In this document: positions 10,595 to 22,042 of the stretch, in pieces
Layout: every line of letters starts with the position of its first letter
How positions within the stretch are numbered: the stretch's first letter is position 1
Assembly: GCA_910592345.1 (NCBI GenBank)
Contig: CAJVPI010000376.1
Coordinates: 1 to 32,439, forward strand
Length of the DNA: 32,439 nt
Reading direction: 5' to 3'
Source of the DNA: Paraglomus brasilianum
Taxonomy: Eukaryota
The notes under the pieces: model-generated
The model's input: only the letters and a program-made list of their open reading frames with translations
The model's database searches: none
Told to the model about the DNA's origin: nothing
Position numbers and translations under genes: made by a program

Positions 10595-11638
10595 CTATCT
10601 ATATCTGTATATTCTACATTCAAATGGCAACCTGATTGAATAATCTATTTGATTAGGGTACTTGTTTTGTAATAGAATCCAGTCTTCTGGTTGTTCAGTA
10701 TCTTCAAACTTAAATTGTTGTAACTTTGGTAAGTCAGCCTCAATGATTGATTTCAGTACTCCTTTTGATATTGAACTCTCTTTTATGGAGATGCTTGTCA
10801 ATTGATGAAAGTTAATTGGTTCAGTGTTTAAATCATCTGAATAGAGGAGGTCACAGTCTTCCACAACAATTGATTCCAGAGAATTTGACTGTGACTCCAA
10901 TAATTTAAATAGTGAACTCATCTTAATTATAGCATATTTTATAGTAATTGTCTTTAGCCGATGTTGAGACTGTATGAGTTTTTGTAATCCATGTGGTTCA
11001 TGTTTAGCAAAGTTATAATAATCCTTTAACCAGCCCCAGGTACAGTTGTTGTAATGTTCAACTGAAATTGACTCCAAATTATGTACTGTCCTAGAAAGTG
11101 TGCTGAATATACTATTATCTAAAGTTAAAGACAAGCCCAAATTTTGCAAACAAGGAAAAGTGCTTATATAAAAATCCACATCCCGATACATAGGAATTAT
11201 AAGAGAAAGAGTTTTGAGATTTGGGCAATATTCAGCTGCCAAGCGAGCAATCCTGAATTGGGTATTAGCCGACCTGAATCTGAAGTGCCTTGCTGTCAAA
11301 CGTTGGATCTCTTTAAACCGAATCTCCTTCAAGTAAAGACTATAATCAAACGGAAACTTTTTACTATACTTTTTGCATAGTTGTGATGCATTCTTCAGAG
11401 AATCAATATCCGTGAAGCATTCAATAAATGTAGTTAGAAAGTTATCTGTTTCGTGAGTGAAATCGTAACCAACCCGCTGATACCGATTCAACAAAGTAAA
11501 AGGTTTGGCCCACAAAAATCGAAGAGCTATCACGCACCAATTTCTGTTAACTAAAATGCAGGAGTGAAGCGTAAAGAGATCGTCTGCAAACTCATCAAAA
11601 ATCATCGCAAGAAGCTCGCGATACAAATAAGACGCCAT
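10595..11638 (-). CDS. F-box / RNI-like LRR protein (Glomeromycotina-expanded family), single exon, 347 aa
   Basis: N-terminal LYRELLAMIF..TLHSCILVNRNWC..ALRFLWAKPF, then FPFDYSLYLKEI and repeated LxxLxL units (CPNLKTLSL, LQNLGL, LESISV, LKTITI). Confidence 0.85.
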   Translation of the reverse strand: MASYLYRELLAMIFDEFADDLFTLHSCILVNRNWCVIALRFLWAKPFTLLNRYQRVGYDFTHETDNFLTTFIECFTDIDSLKNASQLCKKYSKKFPFDYSLYLKEIRFKEIQRLTARHFRFRSANTQFRIARLAAEYCPNLKTLSLIIPMYRDVDFYISTFPCLQNLGLSLTLDNSIFSTLSRTVHNLESISVEHYNNCTWGWLKDYYNFAKHEPHGLQKLIQSQHRLKTITIKYAIIKMSSLFKLLESQSNSLESIVVEDCDLLYSDDLNTEPINFHQLTSISIKESSISKGVLKSIIEADLPKLQQFKFEDTEQPEDWILLQNKYPNQIDYSIRLPFECRIYRYR

Positions 11639-11979
11639 GTTTCAGACGAGAGAAGCGACGACGTATTATGACATAATTTACAATCAATAGTATTTATCGC
11701 AGTAAATTTAACCAATGACAAAATTTTTCGGCGGTCCTTTTATTAGTTACACCTAGCACCTAAGATCGAACGCAACGCTAAAGGTGTAGCGGTTATGCCA
11801 TGGCATAGCCCTTTTTGAAAGGCTAAACAAAGACACTTCGTCTTCTCCGCTCCGTCATGGCTTTTACATATCGCATTCTGGCAACCTGGTTCTTCACAGT
11901 TCGACGCACTACATCAGAGCCTCCAACCCAGGCACTGTGTTAGATATAATTGGGTGCGAAGTGACACTTTTATATTATA

Positions 11980-13074
11980 CAGTTCACTACGTTCGCCTAT
12001 ACCAATACTAATTACGTGAGAGTGGCATTCCTATCTAGTGGTTCTGTAACTGATGTCAATGTGATAGTGAATGATGCGGATAATAGAATTGAAAAGAGAG
12101 TATAAGGAGCACGGCAGCTGCCCTATAGTGAATTTCTGTTTGTAGAATCAATTTCGCCTGTTCTTGACGTTGTGATGTATCTGTCAGTGACAAATTGCGT
12201 CCAGCAAGTGGTCGCAGTATTTCCGAATAATACAATGTTTGAGACCTGCCCATCTTATCTGTAATTCTTATACCACTTCAAAATATTATCGAAGGTGAGT
12301 AATCAATTTCACAATATTAATATAGGATTATTAACCGCATGTTTTCTTATGCTTCAATAATTGCCATACTCTCACCTTTCAGATGCTGGATTCTTGTGGA
12401 TTCATCAGTTTCGCCGCCATAAGGCTCATCTGTCTTCAGATACTCCTAACATTACACTGACATTCAGAAATCAAATCGCTCTTTCGGGGGGCAAACCATT
12501 TACAATTACTGAGCAAAAGATGGAAATTTGATTCTCAGACAAGGATTCAACACAAAATCTCTTTTTGTACGATTGTGCGAATGACTCTGATGCTACATAT
12601 GATGTCGATGTAATGAGAAAGAGTCTAAACCAGTCCATTTACCGGAGTGACGAAGGGGGATGGGGTGTATTATGGAGGTATGCAGATTATGGTTCTCTTG
12701 GTTGAATATTCGTTTGCTTATCAGTAATCTTGCCCCCGACTGAAGGAAAATATGCAGGTAAAGCATCATCGCGATTTAGTAAAAAGTACAAGTACATCTG
12801 ACTGATACCTTCTATTCGTAAATAGACACCAACGGAACGACAATGGAGTGTCATGTGATTCGTGTTTTGTGTGTGTGCAAAATGTAAATATACTATCCAT
12901 ACACCCGGTCGTTCGATTTTCCATTCCCTCTTTATTGAACAATTATCTACCGACAATAAGAACTCTTTCTTAGACTCTTTGGTTGCCAAGATCGTTGAGC
13001 TCATCTCTGTTGATCCATCACATATAACCACTGGTTCATCAGATATTATTTCCCGTCCCCCTCAAGTCAACTGA
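11980..13074 (+). pseudogene. Degraded fragment of a beta-rich (Ig-like) putative surface/membrane protein gene
   Basis: Protein-like stretches are broken by stops and frameshifts: NYVRVAFLSSGSVTDVNV, DSSVSPP*..SDTPNITLTFRNQIALSGG, NDSDATYDVDV, QLSTDNKNSFLDSLVAKIVELISVDPSHITT. A residual intron is visible (GTGAGT at 12295, TTTCAG at ~12382). The family resemblance is from memory only. Confidence 0.4.
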
Positions 13075-13417
13075 TTACAGATGACCTTGATGTATTTTAC
13101 TGGCTACCTAGATGAGATATTTATTTTCACCTGCTGGTATGCCAATTGCTTCTTTTTATTGAAATATTATAATGAATGAAAACTAATACGCTATCTTGGT
13201 GTTGTTTATAATATATTTTTTCGTGAGAAGAAAACATACAGAGGTGAGCTGCCCTATATTAATGTAGACGTTTAATTTTAATACTGTCGTTTATATAAAT
13301 GTAAATAACACGATTTTTAACCGAAGCCATTTTCACTGGGGTCAAAGTTTAATTGTCATAAAGCCTGCGCTAATACATAGCATTTGTACATCAAAGCACA
13401 AACACGTTCTGAAATTA

Positions 13418-13577
13418 CAGTCAACTCTGTCGAGTGGTTTCCGTTATAACAAGAGACCGGTATATGATTCAGCCGTTATAAGGAGTGAGATTAATATATA
13501 ATCTTTTGGTGCAGCGAAATTGGACCGGCATAAGGCGAAACCGGTATAAAAAAAGCCGGTATAGACAGAGTTGACTG
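13418..13577. mobile_element. 160-bp MITE of pogo/Tigger type
   Basis: Perfect 14-bp TIRs CAGTCAACTCTGTC (13418-31) and GACAGAGTTGACTG (13564-77), TA on both sides (13416-17, 13578-79), and six internal CCG(G/T)(T/C)ATA repeats. Confidence 0.9.
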
Positions 13578-15218
13578 TACGTACACCAAAAGGCAAATAA
13601 TACCGTTAGTTGATTTGTCTCTCATATAAAACGCATTAATTGGATACATACCGGTGTCAATCTACTTATATCCGTAAGCCAACTTGCGTATCGTCTAAAT
13701 TGACTGACATCATAATTGTGCTCGCGTATCGGAAGTAAGTACATTCTAGCACATTCACCACAAATATTGATTCCTCACTTCCAAGTAATAAAAGTTATCA
13801 TTGTTTAATATCATAACCTAGCTGTTACGAACAGCATTATAAACAGTGTCAATTAGGCTTGATTTACATCATTGTCAATTAATGTACGAGCTACAATGCT
13901 TCACAGGATTACATCTGATATATGGTGTATCTCAGATACATGACAAAACTGAGATATGAGTTCTGAAATCGAGGAAAGTATTACAATATAAGTATATTTG
14001 GTCGATAAAAGCTACATCAATACCGGAACATTGCAAGTCTTTAACGGCAATAAATACACTTGTTGTCATGTAAAGTAGTTAATTTAGTTTGCAGTAATGA
14101 TGTCGTCTCGCCAAAAACCTAAACACATCAGTCTTGCAATCGAATATTAAATATCATGCCTACTTGAAAAAAAATTTTTTGACAGCTTTATCTGGAAATC
14201 GTTTTCACCACTTCCAGTCTCAAAAAGACTAGTGTTTTATTCAATTGTCAGAAATACCTTATTTTGTTGAAAATTGAAAAGCATCGAAGAAAGTATTATT
14301 AATTACTCAATATATGAATGTCTAGTTTTGAACTGAGTTTGGTGGTCATAGTATCGGGATCACTACTATCTAGGTTGCATGTTAAAATAAAAATAGAAAC
14401 GATACGATGAATATGCGACATAATCTATGTTGGATATCGAGATATCGATAGTTACAAAAATATGTTAACAGAAAGTCGATTCCGAAAAGTTCTCATCAGA
14501 GGTCATCCGAAAGTTACGGGAAGCCATGGATTGCATTTAATATAAGAATAATGATATAAGAACAAAGAGTATTGTTAGATATCTGAGAACTGACTCGAAA
14601 TAGCAATCAGAAAACAGACAATTCGAGTAATAATAGACATATAATCCTTAAAGTAGAAATAATGGTCATGCAAAATGCGATACAATATGCTAGTGAGGTA
14701 GAGCAGAGTGAACAAAGGAACTTACTATAGATCGCGCAGATTTAGAATTTACGTCAGGAAAATTAGCTTAGAGCCACGAATATGTCTAGTCTATCACACA
14801 TGTCAATAGACCATAAGATAATGTAACAGTTTTGCATTATTGAAGATGCCATTACTGAATTGTGCATTTATCAACGTTGTATTCGTATGGATACCTGTTC
14901 CAATTATAAGATAAGATGATGAGAATAAAGCTAGAAAAATACTTGCATTTATAAAGTCTTAATAATGTTGTCTTCCTATGACATGTAATTTTCGGCGGAT
15001 ACGTTAAAGCCATCCATGCATATAAAGAGAGGAGAAAAAATAGAAATGGTTTGGTTTCAGTGGTATCTTAGTCGCAAATTATTTCGACAAGTCAGCTTGT
15101 GGAAATATAGGATAAGCTGTCATCATTACTAAACCGGGCAAGCAGAAATAAGCGCTTTGCGACGGTAACACATTTACTAGCATGTGTTCACATGATTTCC
15201 GAGCAAATCAGCCTCTAT

Positions 15219-15227
15219 ATCACGTGA
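15219..15227. promoter_or_regulatory. E-box / Cbf1-USF-type site ATCACGTGA ~60 bp upstream of the RPB4 ATG
   Basis: Palindromic TCACGTGA at 15220-15227. Function is inferred from position. Confidence 0.45.
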
Positions 15228-15283
15228 AATGCTCCTTTTTACCACCATCACTTTATTAGTAGTCACCTCGACCTTTTCTCACC

Positions 15284-16023
15284 ATGTCCCACTACGTCGG
15301 TAGAGTAGAGAGAGGTCGTAGATTACTTCCGGATGAAGAAGATGCTACTAAACTCAAATTTGGAGAAGGTATGATTACATCATTGACATGTATATGTGTT
15401 ATGTGGTTTTCTAATCCATCCGCTTTTTAGACTTCGAAGATGTCGTTGAGGTCCTCTTTATATCGGAGGCTTATTTGATCATGGACAAGACAAAGTCGCA
15501 GCAGAATAATACAAATACAGAGTCAGTGTTTCAGACATTATTCAACGTTTTGTTATCATTGCCATGTTCAATCGCTTATGTTATGGTCCATATGATGACA
15601 GCGTATATCGAAAGACTTGGGAATATGTGAGGAAGTTTGGAAAGTTTAACAATGAGGATGCTGTGAAAGACTTACGCACGTACGTTACAAACTTTTGTTG
15701 CTTAATTTGATATCTTCCGACTCACCCCCTGCTTGTTATTCTTCCCCGCTTGTCATAGAACACTGGTTAAACATAATCTACACAAATACGAGCTCGCACA
15801 GTTAGTAAATTTATGCCCTGAAGAATTGGATGAAGCCAAATCGTTAGTTCCAAGGTATTATCATCAATACAAATCGAACGTCTTGGTTGTATATGTTTCT
15901 ACTCTTTTAATTCCTTTAATATATTCTCGTTCAATTTTAACCAGTCTGGCAAGGAGATTCGAAGACGACGAGATACGACAGATGTTAGAAGAGATCGCAA
16001 CGCTGAAAAAATATCAAGCATAG
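15284..16023 (+). CDS. RPB4: RNA polymerase II subunit RPB4, 142 aa
   Basis: Exons 15284-15368, 15431-15521, 15602-15679, 15759-15854, 15945-16023 (429 nt). Motifs EEDATKLKFGEDFE..LFISEA, VYRKTWEYVRKF, LHKYELAQLVNLCPEELDEAKSLVPSL. Confidence 0.95.
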
Positions 16024-16389
16024 CGTGAGATTATATTAACACTACAATTTTTAACATATCGTTTCATTCAACGTACTGAAACCACTATCTTATCCCTTCT
16101 GTCAAAGACAGCTACCAGCAAACAGCTTTTGATCTAAGGTCACTGTGAATAATAGCCTCCGACAGCACACCCCGAGATATCATTACAATAACGTCTAGTA
16201 TATTCCACTCCCACCTTTTACGCATTTGTGATTAGACGATAAAAAACGTCTGCTTGGTCTGTTGATGAAACTGTCGAAACCATTTATAAAATACCGTCCT
16301 CCCTGACAGAGGGACGGCTAATTAAGTTTAGATCTATGCGTATTTTTCTTTATGATTTTCATATGTTCGTACAAATAATGTTTCGATCC

Positions 16390-17710
16390 TTTGTTGCAGA
16401 TATTGATCCGAAATTAACCGATCTGGTATGTATTAGAACTGTCTGCTGACGAGTACTATGCTTCAATAAATAGAAATTCATATCTCCATAGTTAAAACTT
16501 TGCTAGAATACTTAAGTCCTCAATAAACTATCAGTTCATTTTTGTATACGTACCAAGACAAGGTGCTTACTAGAATTTGATCTTGCGGCTCTATACATAA
16601 CCCAGTTTCAAGGCAACATTAAGGATACAACCAATTGTATTTAAAGGTTCCAATAACGATATAAAGAAAAGGGTTTTAAAATTGCAGACATAGTAATAGT
16701 TATCGGGTTTTTGCTTTGATCTGTCATACCTTTTATTCTCCTATCTAGCATAGTTTTACTTGCCGAGTTAAACTCTAAGTATTGAAAGTCTTTCCATTGT
16801 CATAACACCGAGTCTTGTTTACTCCAACTGTACTCGATTTTTTCACCCTAACAATAATCAATCCAAAGCTACCATCCATTCCACTTGAATTTAGTATGTC
16901 CAGGTACAATTCGATACTTTTATAATAACCGCAAATGACCAAATACAGAGAAAATCAAATAGTCGTACTAGTAATCTTTAAATGATTTTCGCTTTCTTTA
17001 TTCCATTGTCAGTGTGCCATTAGTATTAGGACCTTTTCCCTATAATTATCGAGAACGTAATTAAATTTGCTTACCTATTGATCGGAATGTGGAACGTGAA
17101 TATTTTGCGCTTATATTTAATCGTAACTGTAATCAGTAGTGTCAATGCTATAATAATCAACCTTACCTTCCGCCAATTCGTATTTTTATGGTAATTAATT
17201 TAACCTTAACCAGATGTTCTTTATAAAATTTTTTGCTTGCGAGCATTATACTGCAAACTATTCCGAAAATGTTGACTATATCAAATAAATCCGTCCTCAG
17301 ACTCATAATTTGATATAAGACGTTAATTGATGCAATTTCAGCGTGCACGTGTTATTGTTTTAAAGATCCGCTGGTAAAAATCAAGCGATTGAGTAATGCA
17401 ATTGTTATTTCTACCGGAAAAATTAGTAATCCATGATTATCAGTCAATTGCTATTTTGGTTTTCCATTTCGGCAGTCGTTTCATATTACCGTGAATACGC
17501 CATTCGCCATCATATGGTTTCCAATGTTTCTAATACCTAACATATTAAATACGTTCGCGTATTGCGATCTCAGTAGTAAAACGTTCTTTATTAACACGCG
17601 TTTTTTAAGGCGTCAGCTCGTACATACTTCCGCTAAAGCCATTAAAAATATATCTTGCTTGAGGCTAGAGATATTCAGCAAACTTTTCTCTCGGAATCCT
17701 TTACACAGCT
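16390..17710 (-). pseudogene. Heavily degraded Sola-like (DUF7869-type) DDE transposase fossil
   Basis: Collinear motifs across shifting minus frames: NMLGI..(~17545), RIHGNMKRLPKWK (~17500), HGL..PGR (~17430), MSLRTDLFDI (~17300), YKEHL (~17220), AQNIHVPHSDQ (~17110), GKGPN (~17040), ENHLKIT (~16990), VPGHTKF..DGSFGLI (~16905-16856), KLGYV (~16605). Termini were not identified. Confidence 0.7.
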
Positions 17711-18611
17711 TGTAATAAAAAAAAGTTTCAATATACAGTTAAATTATATTAACATCGCTGTCTTTCTTTTCTGGCAGTGTTTTATATTTCGAACCCGGTT
17801 TCGTCTTCGTTGACTCGGAGGCAATAAAGAATCTGTTAACTTGAAATTGCGAAACAAACACTTGAACGTTTGTTTCTATTTTTGTTGTCCAAGTATGTTA
17901 TTTGTTCACCTAGGCGGTAATATACTGATTACAACATTTCTAACAGTATTTCAATATATTTACTAACCATTCGTCATAACTTATTGTCAAGTAGTATGTA
18001 AACCGTTATTAATCTGTGTTTAAGTTTTTTCAACCAAGTTATTTCGTCGGTCAACAGTCTAACACTTAATATATCAACTATAAAAACGCATGAACAAGAT
18101 ATGCTCAAAAGAAAGGCAGTTTAATGTTTATGAGAACAAGAAAATCTAATGAATTGTTCTTTATGACTAATAAACAGCGTTTCTCTGCTCTGTTTACATG
18201 CGTATACCAAAATTCTTTGAAAACATCAAATATTTTTTACTGATACCTTGACAAAGCAGATGAACTATATTGGCAGTAAGTTTACTATGAAGAAAATGTG
18301 TTCCGTTGAGATTATCGCTCACAAATGTGCAAACTTGGTTTTCTTCGAAGTAGTACGCCTCAAGAACTAGTAAACTTGAGCGCACGAAATAAAGTATAAG
18401 TTAAAGAACTTGCTCGTGAGAAAGATACTGCTTAGGACAGGTTTAACAAAATTGCGAATACGAAGTCAAGAAATCTGCATATCTAATTATTAATTATGCA
18501 TGGTGTGACGTCGCCGGCAGTCATAAGAATGTGCAATTGGAAAAGCCGTATAATAAGTCAGTTATTGCTGTTGTCCTTGTTACTTATTACTATTAAATAA
18601 TCATAACAAAT

Positions 18612-19530
18612 ATGAGTTCCATCATGCATGAAATCCTTTTCAAAAGGCATAAAAAAGCAGCTGAACAAGGACATGCTGATGCACAATATAATCTTGGTGT
18701 GTGTTATACAGATGGAACTGGAATAGAAAAAGATGAACAAAAGGTATCAAAAAGCAGCTGAACAAGGAGATGCTGGTGCACAATCTAATCTTGGTGTGTG
18801 TTATCAATATGGAACTGGAGTAGAAAAAGATGAACAAAAGGCAGTTGAATGGTATCAAAAAGCAGCTGAACAAGGACATGCTGATGCACAATATAATCTT
18901 GGTGTGTGTTATACAAATGGAACTGGAATAGAAAAAGATGAACAAAAAGCAGTTGAATGGTATCAAAAGGCAGCTGAACAAGGATATACTAGTGCACAAA
19001 ATAATCTTGGTTATTTATACAGAACAGGTATTAATATAGAGACAGATTATCAAAAAGCTGTTGAATTATATCAGAAAGCAGTTATGCAAGGAGATTCTTT
19101 TGCACAAGATAACCTTGGTTGGTGTTTTGAAAATGGAATAGGTGTAGATAAAAATGTTCAAAAAGCAGTTGAACTGTATCAAGAAGCAGTTAAACAAGGA
19201 AATGTTTTTGCATATGTTAGTCTTGGTTTATGTTATAAAAATGGAATTGGGGTAGAAAGAGATATTCAAAAGGCTGTTGAATTTTTCCAAAAAGCAGCTG
19301 AACAAAGAAATGCATATGGGCAATATAACCTTGGTTGGTGTTATGAGAAGGGAGTTGGAGTAAAACAAGATGAGCAGAAAGCTATTGAATTATATCAAAA
19401 AGCAGCTGAGCAAGGGTACATTAAGGCACAAAATAAGGTTTATTTTTTTAATTACAATGATAGTTCAAAACTAAAAATGAGGGTTCAAGAACTGGCAGAG
19501 TTTTATCAAGTGAAAAAGGAACAAAGTTAA
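18612..19530 (+). CDS. SEL1-like repeat protein (7 repeats of 36 aa), frameshifted after repeat 1; downstream 265-aa ORF 18733-19530 intact
   Basis: Repeats AAEQG..AQ.NLG.CY..G.GVEKDEQKAVEWYQK with 108-bp period. The frame from ATG 18612 encodes repeat 1 and is broken by an 11-nt deletion at 18744. Confidence 0.88.
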
Positions 19531-20110
19531 AATTGAAAAATCTAGAACACAATAATTATTTTTATAGTTAAAGTATATGAATAAAGGATGTTGCAAACTG
19601 ATAGTTTATTAGCATGATAAAATTTATAAGCCATTTTTTTCCAAAAATTTACTTCATTGAACATTTCAGTATTGTAAGATCTTTTTTGTCCTTTATTAGA
19701 TGCAACCTCTAAAACTGCTGTTGGATCAATTATATGAGGGAGAGCATTTGTATATCAACCATAACATTTAACTTACTAACCTTTTTAAATACTCACCACC
19801 TTAATCAGTATTGTATAGATTATTATTTAATACCAGATATTACGTCTATTTCTTTCAATGGGACTAGTTTCGAAAGCTATACAGGTTGCGGAAGTCTATA
19901 CTAAACAAACAATTAAATAATAATCCTGATGCCACAAGTTCGACTTTGTTACTGCTGACGGGGAAAGCGATAAAGATATCATTGAATCGCATTCATGTGC
20001 TTATTATGACCCTGAAAATACATTGTGGCACTTTATTAGTTCACTTTTGTTGTAGCATGCCCAACAAAGTTCCCACGCTAGCATGCTAATATTAAAACGC
20101 AAGATATTTA

Positions 20111-21364
20111 TCAAAATTCATGGCTTATCAAATCTACGATATCACGTACTAACGTCTGCATATCAGCTTCTCTAACGCTACCCGCGGCCAACACTTCCTC
20201 ATGACTGACAGGCGCTTCATCACGTGCTTCGGCATTAATGGCACTAGGATCAGCACTCCGTCCTCTTTCCATAACCACTGCATTAGTGACCAAACTCAAT
20301 CCCAACACTCTTATTCCACAATGTCTCGCTACAATGACTTCAGGTACGGTAGACATTCCAACAACGTCTCCTCCTAGATCTCTCAAAAATCGTGCTTCGG
20401 CCTTACTCTCGTATGAAGGACCAACTACATAGCAGTATGTGCCCTCTTTCAACGTTCCGACGGGAAGTCCCATATTGGCGGCTGCTGTAAATGCGATCTG
20501 ACGAAGAGTGAAATCGTAGGCGTCGGAAATTGGTATAAAACGGTCACCAAACTCGGCGAGATTGGGACCGATTAGCGGGTTGCTTCCTGTTAGGCATGGT
20601 AGAGAAAAGTGATCGAAGAGAACGGCAATGTCCCCTACTTTAAACTGTTTGTTGAGTGATCCTGTCGCGCCGGTTACTTTGTTATGTTTTAATAAAAATG
20701 TCGATTAGAAGGATAAGAGCGAAGTTATATAATGATTCTTGAGACAAAAACACCATCCCTCATAAATGACTTGGCTCCCGGCCTTAGATCCAACTTCATA
20801 TTCACATCTCACTATGTATCAAATTGCAAATGATTTCTCGTATGAAATAGCTTACCAATGAGCACTTTGACACCCAACAGCTTAAACACCCGGATCGGTA
20901 ATGTAACTTGCTTTAATGTATAGCCTTCATAAAAGTGAAACCTCCCAACCATGCACACAACAGGAACACGATTCTTTCCCAATAAACCAAATACAAGTTT
21001 TCCAGCATGTCCTTGAACTGTACAGAGTATATGTGAGTACAAGGGAAGGCTAAAAGTTAATTGATCCGTCTATTCTCCACTTCATCGCCACTTTCTATCT
21101 ATCTTCATTCACGCTCCAGAGACGCCTCCAACACCCAAAATAACCATTCTAACCTGTACTAGACACAAACTCTGGTATTTTCTCATAGGCAAATTCCACT
21201 TTTTCTGTGATATTGGCTGCAAGTCCTCCTAACCCAGAACCGCATATTATAGCTATTTTCGGCAAACTCAAATGGGAAGGGAGATTTTGTCTCAAATATT
21301 CATTAGCGCTATTTATCTTTGAAGCTGTGTCGCCCGCGAAAGCAGTGTCAGACGGCGGTGTCAT
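20111..21364 (-). CDS. PNP1: Purine nucleoside phosphorylase (trimeric PNP-I type), 312 aa
   Basis: Exons 21154-21364, 20856-21017, 20111-20676 (939 nt). Motifs [49 protein letters not shown]. Confidence 0.95.
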
Positions 21365-22042
21365 TTGAACAAGCGTAGTTGACGGAGATGAGCAGAGCAG
21401 TGAATGGAACAAAGTGTCACGAGCAATTCAGGGGTGGTGGTGAGATAATAAGTCAAAGTGTTAATACATTGTGGTTTTCTTGTTTTGGTTTCTTGTTTTT
21501 GATTACCCGTTTCATAATTACCTAATACAGCATATTCAAAGTAGCGACAATGTCATAGTTAAGGTAATATAAACAATGCATCAGAGTATGAAGTCTTTGT
21601 TCGATTTGTTAATAATATAACAATTCTTTGTCTTTCGATCCGGATAGTAATAGCGACTCATTATTACACCACCACCGAAATTTCTTCCGACATGCACATG
21701 CTTGTGTTGTTGTATCACGATCTAAGCCACTGCAAATTTAGTATTCACATTAATACGGGCGAGAAATACAATTAACCAATCGATCGGATCGCAGTTAGCT
21801 GGTCGTTATAAACTGCGGATTTTATGTAATGAGTGAAATGACAAAGCACAGGTATCATCGTAAAGCATCCAATTATAGTTATTTAACCAGTATATCTATT
21901 CTCTTGTTGAGCTGACATTACGCACGCACACGTGCTTACTTTCCGCATACTGTTTGTTCGGCAGGTAAATACCATTGTGGTGTTACTTTATTGACGATGA
22001 AAACCTAGCGATTTACTCATCTACCAAGTTTTGTTTATTATC

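Noticed and set aside
13928..13956. 8-bp inverted repeat TATCTCAG/CTGAGATA
   Set aside because: Short, AT-rich and without TSD or other copies; compatible with chance.
14400..14900. Purine-rich stretch resembling a decayed coding region
   Set aside because: Frequent stops in the plus frames examined and no recognisable motif.
16255..16300. Hammerhead-like TTGATGA...GAAAC...GTC
   Set aside because: The core lacks C3 and stems I-III do not pair convincingly.
16441..16490. CTGACGAG...GAAA hammerhead-like core
   Set aside because: No stem II closing pair or stem III, and it lies within the transposase fossil.
18558..18999. Minus-strand repetitive ORFs
   Set aside because: Antisense shadows of the SEL1 repeats.
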